A DNA stretch of 64,000 nt from Nitrospirota bacterium (GCA_963840455.1 CAWIYV010000010.1:288001-352000); one strand, 5' to 3'. Positions 36,534 to 46,807 are shown, numbered from the stretch's first letter. Notes: generated by a model not told the origin, from the sequence alone. A program made the numbers and translations.

Positions 36534-38624
36534 CTAGGTCGTAAAACGGTCGATCTCCCTTTTCAGCACCCCGGACTGCGCCGTCAGGACATCCACAGCG
36601 CTGGTCAGCCGCGCCGCCAGCGCCGCGTTCTCCCGCGCAGTCGATTTGATCCGCTCAATGGCCTTCACGATGAGATCACTGCCGGTCCGGACCTCGCTCG
36701 CCGCCCGGTTCATCAGGCCGACCTTGGCGCCCATATTCTCGACAGAGACGGTGATGTTCTTGCTGGCCTTGACCTGCTCGGCGGTCGCCGTCCGTACGAA
36801 CCGCGTGATGTCCCGCATCTTCTCGGCCGCACGCATGATCTGCTCGCTGCCGGCGCGCTGTTCCGTCGTGGCCCGCGCGATCTGGTGCGCCATTTCGTTG
36901 ATCCGGTCCACGGCCTCGTTCACCTGCCCCATTGCCATGACCTGTTCGGCCGCGGCCCTGCTGATGCTGCGGCTCATCTCGCCCGACTGGTCGGCCCGGT
37001 CCACGATCTTTCGGAGAGCGTCCCCCGCCTCTTGCGCAAGCCGGGTCCCCGCTTCCGCCATGAGGACCCCGTTCCGCATGACCTCCACCGCTTCCCGAGA
37101 ATCCTCCTGCACGGATGTGATGAGCGTCCCGATCTCCTGGGTCGATGCAGCAGTGCGATTCGCCAGCTCCCGGATCTGCGCGGCGACGACCGCAAAGCCC
37201 TTGCCGTGCTCGCCCGCCTGTGCAGCTAGGATAGCGGCGTTCAGGGCAAGGAGGCCGGTCTGGTCGGTGATGTCCTCGATGACGGTCAGGATTCCTCCGA
37301 TGTTCTCAGCGCGCCCGCCCAGCCGGTTGATGACATCTGCGGACCGCCGCGACTCATCCTCGATGCGGCGCATCCCCTCGATCGTCTTCTCGATGGAGCG
37401 CATGCCGAGGTCTCGGGCGTCGGCCGTGACCGCATCGGCGAGCCCGGTGGACTGCTTCGCGCGGGCCTCCACCTCCCGGACCGACGCGCTGATCGTGCTG
37501 GTCGAGGCTGCGGTCTCATCGGCCGCCGTCGACAGCGTTTCGACATTCCCGGCGATCTGGCGGACCGCTGCTGACATCTGCGTGATGGCCGTTGAGGTCT
37601 CCTCAATGGACGAAGAAAGGTCGGTCATGAGTCGCGCTACCTCGTCGATGGATGCCGCGGTCTCGATCACAGCGGAGGACGTCTGCTCGGACGTCTCGTA
37701 AAGGTCCTCCACGTTCCCTGCGATCTCCTTCAAGGAGAAGTGCATCTCGTTCACCGATGACGACGCCTCTTCGACGGACTCGGACTGCACCCGGCTCGCG
37801 TCACCGATGTTGGCCGCGACGCCCGCCACCTCGCCAGACACCGTTTCGAGCTTTCCGGAGGACTCCCGTACGCTGCCGACCATCTCCTTGAGACCGATGA
37901 CCATCTGGTTGAGCCCGCGCCCGAGCTCGCCGATCTCGTCGACGGTGTTCACCCGCACGTTCTGCGTCAGGTCGCCCGCCGCGATGCTGGTCGCCACGGC
38001 CTCAGCCTCGGCGGTCGGTGCCGCGATCATCCGGCGGACCATGAAATACACGAGTGTAGATATCGTCAGCACGATGACGATGCTTGTTGCCGCCAGCAGC
38101 AGTACGATCTTTGTGGCGTTCTCCCGGATCTCAGCGCGCGAGAAGGCAAGGTGAATGGCGGCAAGCTTCGTCCCTCCCAGCGAAACGTCAATGGACGCTT
38201 CAACGGGATCCAGTTCCTGATGAACCGCTGCCAGCAGCCGCTTCACATCCTCGCTCTTCTCCGCGGCGAGCACCTTCTTCACGCCGGGGTCCTCGACGTT
38301 AAAGCTGGCGTGCGCGCTGGTGAGTGGAGCGCCATCCGTTCCGGTGAACACGATGGCCAGGATGTCCTTCCCCTGCACCACATCCCCCACCAGGAGATTC
38401 AGCCCCAGGATGTCGCCTGACGCGAGGCGGTCAAGCGCCGCCTTCGCCAGGACAGCGCCGATCTCCCGGCCGCGGGCTTCGAGGGACCGCTCCTGGGAGA
38501 CGAGCATCATGCGGGCCACGAAGAACGTCCCGGCCATCATCAGGACGATGACCCACACGGACAAGGTGGCCACGAACTTCATCCCCATGCTCTTCCTGAT
38601 CCGGTCCTTGATCTTCTGGAACAT
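36534..38624 (-). CDS. Methyl-accepting chemotaxis protein, long signalling domain
   Basis: Two TM segments, [31 protein letters not shown]; start taken as MFQKIK. Confidence 0.94.
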   Translation of the reverse strand: MFQKIKDRIRKSMGMKFVATLSVWVIVLMMAGTFFVARMMLVSQERSLEARGREIGAVLAKAALDRLASGDILGLNLLVGDVVQGKDILAIVFTGTDGAPLTSAHASFNVEDPGVKKVLAAEKSEDVKRLLAAVHQELDPVEASIDVSLGGTKLAAIHLAFSRAEIRENATKIVLLLAATSIVIVLTISTLVYFMVRRMIAAPTAEAEAVATSIAAGDLTQNVRVNTVDEIGELGRGLNQMVIGLKEMVGSVRESSGKLETVSGEVAGVAANIGDASRVQSESVEEASSSVNEMHFSLKEIAGNVEDLYETSEQTSSAVIETAASIDEVARLMTDLSSSIEETSTAITQMSAAVRQIAGNVETLSTAADETAASTSTISASVREVEARAKQSTGLADAVTADARDLGMRSIEKTIEGMRRIEDESRRSADVINRLGGRAENIGGILTVIEDITDQTGLLALNAAILAAQAGEHGKGFAVVAAQIRELANRTAASTQEIGTLITSVQEDSREAVEVMRNGVLMAEAGTRLAQEAGDALRKIVDRADQSGEMSRSISRAAAEQVMAMGQVNEAVDRINEMAHQIARATTEQRAGSEQIMRAAEKMRDITRFVRTATAEQVKASKNITVSVENMGAKVGLMNRAASEVRTGSDLIVKAIERIKSTARENAALAARLTSAVDVLTAQSGVLKREIDRFTT

Positions 38625-38693
38625 GTTCCCTCTCTGCGCAATGACGGCCGCATCCTGCGGCGTTCCATGCACGATGCTGTCCTGCTGCAGTGA

Positions 38694-40787
38694 TCAGACT
38701 TTGAACTTCTGGAGTTCTGACTGGAGAGCGGCGGCCTTTTCCCGGAGCGACGCCTCGGCCATGTCCATCTCGACGGACACGTTGACGTTCTCTTCGGTGA
38801 TCTTCTGGATGCGCGCGATGGCGTCGCTGATCTGCTGGGCGCCGAGGCTTTGCTCGGAGGTGGACCGAGCGACCTGGGCGGCTTGGGACGTGGCGGCCTC
38901 CATGGCCTTGGCGATCTGTTTGCTCCCGACGGTCTGCTCTTGCGTCGCCACCTTCATCTGGCGGGTGATGTCCCTCGTTCTCTCGGCCGCCTGGGCGATG
39001 CGCTCGCTGCCCTTCTGCTGCTCCTGCATGGCGTGAGCGATCTTTTCGATCTGCTCCGCGATGTTCAGAGCCGCATCGGTGATCTGCGCCACTCCCTTGG
39101 CCTGTTCGGCCGTGGTCAGCTCGATGGCGCGCGCCATCTCCGCCGACTGCCGGGAGCTCTCGGCGACCTGCTGGAACACATCGCTCGTCACCTTGACGAG
39201 TCCCGTGCCGTTCTCCACAGCCTGCAGGCCCTTCGCCATTGCCTGCACGCTGGCGGCGGTCTCCTGCTGGACCGCGGAGATGACGTTGGCGATCTCTTTG
39301 GTGGAAGCGGCGGTGCGCTCCGCAAGCTCGCGGATCTCTTCGGCGACGACAGCGAATCCTTTCCCGTGCTCGCCCGCCTGCGCTGCCAGGATTGCCGCGT
39401 TCAGGGCGAGGAGGCTGGTCTGGTCGGTCACCTCGTCGATGACCTTCAGGATCTGTCCGATCTCCTGCGAACGCTTTCCGAGCCGATTGACCGTCTCCGC
39501 CGTGGCCTCCACGGTGGAACGGATGTTCTCCATGCCGGTCATCGCCTCACGGGCCGCGGCCATGCCCTGCTCCGACGCGCTCCGCGCGACCTTTTCCGCG
39601 AGCCTCGCCGACTCCAGGGCCTTTTGCTCCACCGCCTTCACGGTGGCACTCATCTCGGTGATGGAGGACGATGTCTGCTCCGCGGCCGAGGAGAGGGTCT
39701 CCGTGTTCTCCGACACCTGGCGGATGGACGCCAGCGTCTGGACGATGGAGGCCGCCGTATCGTCGGCTGCCAAGGACAGACCGCTGGCGTTCTGCGCAGT
39801 TTCCTCGACTGAGGCGGCCATCTCCGCGACCGAAGACGATGCGTCAGCGGCGGCCTGGGACATCTCCGCCGCGTTCTCCGCAACACCCCTGATCGAAGCG
39901 ATCATCTCGTCCACGGTCATGGCCGTCTGCTCCCCGGCCTCTTGCTGGACCCGTGCACCCTGGCTCATCTTCTGCGTTGCCGTGTTCATGATCTGCATGG
40001 CTTCGCCAAGGCCGCCCGTCATCTGGTTGATCCGGCCGAGCATCTCCCGCAGGCTTGAGGAAAGCGTGTTGATGGCGTTGCCCAGTTCGGCGATCTCGGT
40101 CTTTCCGCTCACCGTGACATTGCGCGCGAGGTCGCCGGCCGCCATGAGGCTCGCGGTCCCGGCCATCTCGCCCAAGGGGTCGGTGATCGTGCGCTTCATG
40201 AACAGGGTCACCAGGTACGTGGCGAGCACAAAGACGACGACCGCCACGATCACCGACCGCAGGAGCAGGTCCCGGATCGGCCGGTTCACAGCGCTCCCCT
40301 TCAGCGCGATCCGGAGTACGCCCATCTTCTTGCCGTCGGGCCCCATGAGCGGGACGACCTTTTCATACTGGTCCCCGCCCTCATCGACATAATCCTGCAC
40401 CAACGGTTCCGCGGCCTCCAGGGCCTTCCTGCTGCCGGGATCGGTCGCGGGGGAACCTTCGCGCTCCTTGTCCGTGGCATAGAGGACCTTCCCGTCCTTG
40501 TCCACAACCATGGCCCGGGAGATATCCCGGTCGGTCTCTCTGAGCCCCCGAAGCTTTTCGCTCATGCCGTCCATGGCGGAGAGCGGAAGACCGAACCCGG
40601 TGACCTTGTCGATGTCCTTCTTGACGCCCTCGGCCATGGCCGTGGTCCGTCCGAGCACTGCTTCCCGGTACTTGCCGGCCGCACTGGTGATATTGAGTCC
40701 CGTGTTCAATCCAAGGGCCACGAGGAGGATGCCGGCCGTTGCAACCACCGCCCTCGTCTTCAGCGTCATGGCGGTCCACAGTTTCAT
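38694..40787 (-). CDS. Methyl-accepting chemotaxis protein, long signalling domain
   Basis: Two TM segments, Cache-like periplasmic domain, [39 protein letters not shown] overlap with the upstream SBP gene. Confidence 0.94.
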   Translation of the reverse strand: MKLWTAMTLKTRAVVATAGILLVALGLNTGLNITSAAGKYREAVLGRTTAMAEGVKKDIDKVTGFGLPLSAMDGMSEKLRGLRETDRDISRAMVVDKDGKVLYATDKEREGSPATDPGSRKALEAAEPLVQDYVDEGGDQYEKVVPLMGPDGKKMGVLRIALKGSAVNRPIRDLLLRSVIVAVVVFVLATYLVTLFMKRTITDPLGEMAGTASLMAAGDLARNVTVSGKTEIAELGNAINTLSSSLREMLGRINQMTGGLGEAMQIMNTATQKMSQGARVQQEAGEQTAMTVDEMIASIRGVAENAAEMSQAAADASSSVAEMAASVEETAQNASGLSLAADDTAASIVQTLASIRQVSENTETLSSAAEQTSSSITEMSATVKAVEQKALESARLAEKVARSASEQGMAAAREAMTGMENIRSTVEATAETVNRLGKRSQEIGQILKVIDEVTDQTSLLALNAAILAAQAGEHGKGFAVVAEEIRELAERTAASTKEIANVISAVQQETAASVQAMAKGLQAVENGTGLVKVTSDVFQQVAESSRQSAEMARAIELTTAEQAKGVAQITDAALNIAEQIEKIAHAMQEQQKGSERIAQAAERTRDITRQMKVATQEQTVGSKQIAKAMEAATSQAAQVARSTSEQSLGAQQISDAIARIQKITEENVNVSVEMDMAEASLREKAAALQSELQKFKV

Positions 40788-41710
40788 TTTATCACCTTCG
40801 TCGCATCGGAAATAAGGTCCATGGAAGGTTTCAGCCCCAGGGCTGTCGCCTCCTTGAGGTTCAGGACCAGTTCGACCAGTTTGGGGACCTCAGGTGCGAT
40901 GTTTGCCGGGTTCTCGCCGTTCAGGATCCGCGCGACCATTCGGGCCGCTGCCTCGCCTTGCTCGGTTGCGCTCGGCGCGAGGGTCAGGATGACACCCTTG
41001 TCGCCTGAACCGCCGGTCTGGCTCATGGTCGGTATCTTGCTGCCATGGGCCGCCTTCACGATCTCGGCCAGCGCCTCGTTCACCGTCGCGCTGACGGAGA
41101 TGAACACCGCGTCGGCCCTGCCTGCGTACGTGAGCGCCCGGGCATCATCAAGCCGCTTGACGGCCATTTTCACCGTCTGGAACCCGTACTGGCCTTCAAG
41201 GGCCGTGAGCTCCTCGACCTGCTTCACCGAATCAGGCTCCAGCTCGTTGTAGACCACGGCCAGCTTGGTGAAGTTCGTGAGCTTCTTGGCATATTTGAGC
41301 AGGCTCGTGATCGGGACCTTGGAGCTGATGCCGGTCATGTTGCGTGCGGCAACGCCGATGCCAGCAGGATCATAGACCCCGGCGTAGACGATGGGGGTGG
41401 ATTTCGTTTCCCGGATGGCCAGGGCGGCAGGCGCGCCGCCGTAGGTCACCAGGACATTCACGTCGGCGACCACCAGTTTCCGGACGGCATTGGTCCACGA
41501 AAGCGGATCGGGCGCGGGCATCTGGAGCAGCGTGTCCACCTTGCGGCGGTCGAAGCCCTCCTTGATCAAGCCGTTGGTAAAGGCCCGATGAAGCTCCTGG
41601 TAGTAGCCGATGTTCCCTGCCATCACCACGCCGATGGTCTTGTCGGCCGCTTCCGCGGGCGTTGCGCAGATAAGCAATGCAGCACAGATCAGCCAGGTAA
41701 TCGTTCTCAT
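40784..41710 (-). CDS. Periplasmic solute-binding protein (ABC_sub_bind-like), no cognate permease in the window
   Basis: Signal peptide [21 protein letters not shown]; [32 protein letters not shown] and [11 protein letters not shown] patterns. Confidence 0.88.
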   Translation of the reverse strand: MRTITWLICAALLICATPAEAADKTIGVVMAGNIGYYQELHRAFTNGLIKEGFDRRKVDTLLQMPAPDPLSWTNAVRKLVVADVNVLVTYGGAPAALAIRETKSTPIVYAGVYDPAGIGVAARNMTGISSKVPITSLLKYAKKLTNFTKLAVVYNELEPDSVKQVEELTALEGQYGFQTVKMAVKRLDDARALTYAGRADAVFISVSATVNEALAEIVKAAHGSKIPTMSQTGGSGDKGVILTLAPSATEQGEAAARMVARILNGENPANIAPEVPKLVELVLNLKEATALGLKPSMDLISDATKVIK

Positions 41711-41720
41711 GCGCCCTCCG

Positions 41721-43607
41721 TTACCATTTCCACGACAGGGTGGCAAGAATGGTCTGGTTCGTGCCATCCTGTGTATCGTCAAGCTTGTCGTCGATCCTCC
41801 GGATCTGGTACCGGAGATCGTAGCCCAGGTTCTTCGAGACCCGGATCTCGAGGTCGGCGCCCGCAATCGTATCGACCGTCTTGATGGTCGTGAGATCGGC
41901 GATCCCGTTGCTCCCGGCGATCACGCCGGAGTTCTGCCAGGAGCCTCGTGACCAGCTTTTGGACACGTCGGCCGTGAAAATAATGGCATCAGCCAGTGCA
42001 TGGCTCAGCGTGAGTGCGGCCACATGCGCCGTGTCGGCATAGGGAACGCCGGTCTCGGCCGTGATGGCGCTGGAAAGGTCGGTGTAAGCGATGGGGCCGG
42101 TGTGCTTGTTCTGGAAGAACGAGTAGCTCGGCGTTACCGATGTCGTCTTCCCGACCAGGAAGGTGAAGGACCCGAGGAGCCGGTCGCGCTCGTTCGTCCA
42201 TTTGTCGGTGAACGGAGCATTGAGCCCGCTTCGCTCCTCGCGCACAGTTGCTCCGGACAGCAGCATATTGAACCACGGCTTGGGCGTCCAGGTAGCTGTC
42301 AGGCGGGCCTGGTCGGAGGTCTCCGGATAGGTGTTGTCCACGCTGTTCGCGGGCACGTTGGCGCTCTGATGGCTTATGTCACCGCGAAGGATGATCCTGT
42401 TCGTCACGCGGTAGGTCGCGCCAAGCCGGGCCATCGTCCGATTGACCTTGTCGTCCAGCTGCCACATCGTCGGGTCTATGTCGCGCTTGAGGTTCTCATA
42501 GCCCAGCTCTGCCCGCAGAGTGAGGTCCTTGGTGGCGCGGTAACGCACCAGACCAGTCATGATGTCCTTCTGATAGCTGATGGCGTTCCGGACCAGGTAG
42601 GTCGTCGAGACAGGCAGCCCCGCCGTGGTCACGGTGTCCGTCACAGCGCCCGGGTTGTTCGCATCCACTTCGTAGTGACGGTATTTGACGGCCACGGTGA
42701 CGTCCTTCGTCGGGATCCAGCTGAGGTCGCCAGCGGAGTTCGTGAAGTCGGATTTGGCTCCACTATCATTGTTCTTCCGGTCGCCTGTGGAGTACGTGAC
42801 AGCAGCGGCGATCCTGCCCGTGTGGGAGGTGTGGACCTTGAACGTGTCGGTCGAAGACTCAATGTCGGGCATTAGGTTGTGCGTGTAGGTGGTCGCTCCG
42901 CCCGTGTCGGTCAGGTACTTGTCCCGCGTATCTTTGAACTTCTGCGTGTCATGGCTGTACTCCGCCTCCAACCACTGGAGGTGGCTGTTGATGGTGACCT
43001 TCGCCCCCTCTGTTTCATAATCGATATCGCGGCTGCGGGACATCTTGTCGCCGGCAGTGAAGGAGTTCATGAACCGCTGTTGTATGGTGCCGTGCTTCTC
43101 CTGGCTCCTTGCCTCCAGATAGATATGGAACGGGAAGTCCGGCGCCTTGAAACGGATCTGTGCCCGGTTCATGGCGTTCGAAGCTCCATATACGTCCGCG
43201 GGGTTCAGGTCTGTCACGGTCATGCCGGTCGTGCTCTGGCCGATGGAATAATGGTCCAGGTTATGGAACATCGACCGGGACAGCATGTTCAGCATGATGA
43301 TGTCCTTGTATGCATAGTCGAACTCCGCGAAGTAGTCCTTGCTGTTCAGGACGTAGGTCTCGAGCAGCATGCGGGTCGGCAGCGGGTCGTACTCGATGAC
43401 AGCCGAGCCGGCCGGGGACGAGTGCTGGTACTCATATTCTCCCGCCATGGGATTGCCGCTCGTCATGTTCCAGCGGTATCCCAGCCTGATGTCCCCTTCA
43501 AAGGGCGTGCCGAGCTGGTACTGCCCTCCGGTGGGCGTCTTTTCCTGAGCCCAGAGCGGCGGCGCCAGGAGCACTATCAATGCGATCAGGTATATGATCT
43601 TTTTCAT
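41721..43607 (-). CDS. Outer-membrane beta-barrel, MtrB/PioB-like cytochrome-associated porin
   Basis: Signal peptide, alternating amphipathic strands, C-terminal LSWKW aromatic BAM signature; directly downstream of a decaheme cytochrome. Confidence 0.82.
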   Translation of the reverse strand: MKKIIYLIALIVLLAPPLWAQEKTPTGGQYQLGTPFEGDIRLGYRWNMTSGNPMAGEYEYQHSSPAGSAVIEYDPLPTRMLLETYVLNSKDYFAEFDYAYKDIIMLNMLSRSMFHNLDHYSIGQSTTGMTVTDLNPADVYGASNAMNRAQIRFKAPDFPFHIYLEARSQEKHGTIQQRFMNSFTAGDKMSRSRDIDYETEGAKVTINSHLQWLEAEYSHDTQKFKDTRDKYLTDTGGATTYTHNLMPDIESSTDTFKVHTSHTGRIAAAVTYSTGDRKNNDSGAKSDFTNSAGDLSWIPTKDVTVAVKYRHYEVDANNPGAVTDTVTTAGLPVSTTYLVRNAISYQKDIMTGLVRYRATKDLTLRAELGYENLKRDIDPTMWQLDDKVNRTMARLGATYRVTNRIILRGDISHQSANVPANSVDNTYPETSDQARLTATWTPKPWFNMLLSGATVREERSGLNAPFTDKWTNERDRLLGSFTFLVGKTTSVTPSYSFFQNKHTGPIAYTDLSSAITAETGVPYADTAHVAALTLSHALADAIIFTADVSKSWSRGSWQNSGVIAGSNGIADLTTIKTVDTIAGADLEIRVSKNLGYDLRYQIRRIDDKLDDTQDGTNQTILATLSWKW

Positions 43608-43616
43608 GTCAGCCTC

Positions 43617-44627
43617 CTATCGGACGAACGTGCCCTTGCCGCTGGGCGAGGGGAGATCGGTGCCATGGATCTGCGAATGGCAGTCGGTGCACCGGGTATA
43701 GACGTTCTTCTTGGACTGCGCCGTGGTGGAGCCGGCGAGCGGATGTGTCGGATGACACTGCAGGCAGAGGTACGGTTCCCGCAACGACAGCAGGTTATTG
43801 TTCACGGACCCGTGGGGCGTATGGCAGGCCCGGCAGTCCTCGGTCAAATCAGCGTGCTCATAGAGGAACGGGCCCTGTTTCTCAGAATGGCACTGGGTGC
43901 AGGTCTCCTTCACCGTGTCCTTGCGGAGGTTCCGGCCCGACATGCCGCCGTGAGCGTCGTGGCAGTCCGTGCAGAAGATCTTCTTCTCCGGCACCGGATG
44001 GTGGTTCGGGAGCCGGAAGTTCGCCTGTACGTCTGGGTGGCACTTGTAGCACAGGTCCGTCATCTCCCGGGGCTTCACCTTGAGGTTGTGGCCCATGTGG
44101 ATGTTGTGGCAGTCGGAGCAGGACACGTCGGACATGTTGTGCGTGCTCGCGTTCCAGTTGTGCAGGTTGAAGGTCGCGTTCGCCGTGTGGCACTTGAGGC
44201 AGATGAGCGATTTGGCCTGCGCCGGGATCTTCTTCATGTCCACCAGCGTCCGGTAGTCGCAGGCCGTCTGCTTCCCGGCCTTCGCGTCCTTTGCCACCTT
44301 CTCGGGTGTGAGGCCCTCGATGGCCAGGCTCCCCGGCCCGTGGCAGGACTCGCAATTCACGATGGGCATGCCCGACTCGCGCGACAGCTGGGCACCCATG
44401 GTGGACAGGTCGAAGTCGCGCCGCCGCGTGTCATGGAAGTGGCAGGCCTTGAGGCAGTTGTCCGTTCCCACGTAGTCCGCGTCGAGGCGGCCGGCGATCA
44501 TCTTCTCGTATTCCTTGTTCAGGTAGATCGGTTTCGTCTCCTTGAGCGTCGCGCACCCAGCCGCGACAAAGAAGGAACCGAGGATCCCGAGCAATATCCA
44601 TTTCCTCATTTTCAGCGTACGTTCCAT
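43617..44627 (-). CDS. Decaheme c-type cytochrome lipoprotein (DmsE/MtrA/PioA-like)
   Basis: Lipobox VAAGC; 9 CxxCH plus one CxxxCH (CLKACH); CTDCHSQIHG C-terminus; AAGGAGG RBS before 44627. Confidence 0.92.
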   Translation of the reverse strand: MERTLKMRKWILLGILGSFFVAAGCATLKETKPIYLNKEYEKMIAGRLDADYVGTDNCLKACHFHDTRRRDFDLSTMGAQLSRESGMPIVNCESCHGPGSLAIEGLTPEKVAKDAKAGKQTACDYRTLVDMKKIPAQAKSLICLKCHTANATFNLHNWNASTHNMSDVSCSDCHNIHMGHNLKVKPREMTDLCYKCHPDVQANFRLPNHHPVPEKKIFCTDCHDAHGGMSGRNLRKDTVKETCTQCHSEKQGPFLYEHADLTEDCRACHTPHGSVNNNLLSLREPYLCLQCHPTHPLAGSTTAQSKKNVYTRCTDCHSQIHGTDLPSPSGKGTFVR

Positions 44628-44658
44628 GATAAGTAAGTCCTCCTTTAGCGGGTCTGGG

Positions 44659-46686
44659 TTACGGACGTTCTCCGGATGTGTTCGGAGCACCGTACAGCAG
44701 GTAGCTTTTCGCCCCTGCGCACCATCCGAATGCATACGGGGCAGCGCCACACTGGCCGTCAATTGTATTGCCGACCGAATAGTTCATGGCGTTATCATCA
44801 ATCCAGTCAATTGAATCGTAGATCAACCTCTTCACATATCTGCTGTTATGCACGTACCCGCCCTCCTCATGGAAGAGCATGGCCATGTTAGAGGCAGCCC
44901 CCATATTGTTTTTGCCGGTCGTATTGCCGGTCCAGTCGGTGTCCCCAGTGGAGAGCCAGTTGCTGTAATTGAAATAGGGAAAGGCTCCAAAGGAAAAACT
45001 GGGGCTGCTTGCAAGAAGCGACTGCGAAAGTGCTTGCAGGGAGTCCTCATATTTTATTTTCTCCTGTTCAAGAACCTCGGCAAGGCCCGTGCTTGAACCC
45101 GCATGGCAGTTAAAGCAGATTTCGCTCGATACAGCCGTAATCGTTGTCCCATCCTTCATCACCGGTTGGAAAAGGTGATTGGCAGGCAAGCCCGGCCGGT
45201 ACATATGACACCCGACACAGGGGCCGCTCGTTCCGGTATTAGGAACAGAAGCTGTTCCTATCTCTTCATGCTTGAAAGACTGCGGATCGGAATAGCTCCT
45301 CCCGTAATATTCGTACCCGATGCCCCGGAACATGGTTCCGCCTGCAGTCAGGTAGTGCCCGTCAACAAGCATATAGCCAAGAGGAAAACCAAAAGTGTCA
45401 AACAGACTTCCGAAATCCTCTGTGGTTGTCTGACCCGTATTCAGCGCGTGGATCGTCCTGCCGCTCCCTCTTCCGGTATGACAAGGCAGGCACACATTCG
45501 ATGCGCCGATATCGGGATACTGATACGTGACCTGTGCAGCGGTCGGAATGATTGGTGAAGCCGGCCAGTTATTAACAGGTAGCGTATATGTTGCTCTGAA
45601 TGGTCCGGGATTACGAACCGTCCCCTTGTTGTCCGTATGGCACCCTGCGCATTCCAGCATTTGAGGCTTGAACTGGGGGTCATAGGCTATTACGGGGCTG
45701 CTTCCCGTTGCAATGCCGTCGGCAAGGGCAGTATTGTTGTTTCGCAGGGCATCGGCATAGGACGCAAATCCTGTTGTAGTATGGCATCTCTGGCACTGTG
45801 CTCTGCTTCCAAAGCCGGGAAGCGGTGTCGCCGGGGATGGGAAGAGGCAGGGGCCATCTTCACAGGACCAGTTATAAGCGCCCCAGGGGCCGGTTGAGTT
45901 TCTATTCGCGTGGAGCGAAGCGGCCCATTCGCGATTGATGTCGGCTGTTTTATGAGGATTGTGGCAGTCGGTACAGACCGTCTCACTTGCAAAGTTCATG
46001 GCGTAGCCGACCGGTTCCGTGCCGCTCAAGTTATGTCCGCCCCCGTCGTATGTGCCTGCTTTTGCGAAGTGCGTGTCGGTGATGATATATGAACTGCCTG
46101 TCGGAACAGATGTCAAATGAGTGGGCGTCGCTGCCGTGTTGAGGGGGTCGTTCGGATCCAGGAGTTCATGGCATCCCGTGCAGGTTCTGAGCTGGGCCGA
46201 AACCTGAAGCGTGGAGGTCGTGCCGATGACCATCGACGTGGTCGTGGCAAAACCAATGGGTCCGGATCCGCCGGCCGCGACATGGAGGCTCCCGCCGCCA
46301 TGGCAGGACTCACAGCCTACCACCGGCCGGGCAACGTTGCCCGTGTAGCCGGCGGTGAAGGAGTTTCCTGCGCCGTCCCCATTTGAGTCGTGGCAATTTA
46401 TGGTGCAGCCCGAGATCTGCCCGAGTGTGGGATTCCCTGCGCTGTACAGGTTCCCGAGAGGCTCCACATTCGCGTGCTTCGTCAGCATCCAGTCCGAGGT
46501 CTGCGACGTGTGACAGGACGTACAGGTCTTGAGCCCCACCGTCGGCGTTCCCACAGTGACGACACCGCTCACGGTCTGGACCGCAACACCGGTCGGCTGG
46601 TCCGTGCCGCAGGCGCCGAGCAACGCGCCGAGCACCAGGACAATCGCCAGCATAGATCCCAATAATCCCTTCTTGCGCACTTTCAT
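44659..46686 (-). CDS. Surface multiheme c-type cytochrome lipoprotein (OmcB/OmcC-like)
   Basis: Lipobox LLGAC; 9 CxxCH plus one CxxxCH (CTINCH). C-terminal GYVHNSRYVKRLIYDSIDWID resembles the Geobacter OmcB family (from memory). Confidence 0.88.
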   Translation of the reverse strand: MKVRKKGLLGSMLAIVLVLGALLGACGTDQPTGVAVQTVSGVVTVGTPTVGLKTCTSCHTSQTSDWMLTKHANVEPLGNLYSAGNPTLGQISGCTINCHDSNGDGAGNSFTAGYTGNVARPVVGCESCHGGGSLHVAAGGSGPIGFATTTSMVIGTTSTLQVSAQLRTCTGCHELLDPNDPLNTAATPTHLTSVPTGSSYIITDTHFAKAGTYDGGGHNLSGTEPVGYAMNFASETVCTDCHNPHKTADINREWAASLHANRNSTGPWGAYNWSCEDGPCLFPSPATPLPGFGSRAQCQRCHTTTGFASYADALRNNNTALADGIATGSSPVIAYDPQFKPQMLECAGCHTDNKGTVRNPGPFRATYTLPVNNWPASPIIPTAAQVTYQYPDIGASNVCLPCHTGRGSGRTIHALNTGQTTTEDFGSLFDTFGFPLGYMLVDGHYLTAGGTMFRGIGYEYYGRSYSDPQSFKHEEIGTASVPNTGTSGPCVGCHMYRPGLPANHLFQPVMKDGTTITAVSSEICFNCHAGSSTGLAEVLEQEKIKYEDSLQALSQSLLASSPSFSFGAFPYFNYSNWLSTGDTDWTGNTTGKNNMGAASNMAMLFHEEGGYVHNSRYVKRLIYDSIDWIDDNAMNYSVGNTIDGQCGAAPYAFGWCAGAKSYLLYGAPNTSGERP

Positions 46687-46766
46687 AACTTACCTCCCGT
46701 CTCATTGGTTTCAGTTCTCATGTTCCTGGCCCGCCTTAAATCTAAAAATAATGGTAATCACTATTT

Positions 46767-46795
46767 ATTGTAGCCTAAAAAATTGCTTTTGTCAC
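46767..46795 (-). promoter_or_regulatory. sigma70 promoter for the cytochrome-porin-SBP-MCP cassette
   Basis: GTGACA-N17-TACAAT with an upstream A-tract, in a very AT-rich gap. Confidence 0.7.
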
Positions 46796-46807
46796 TACTT
46801 TTTTTTG

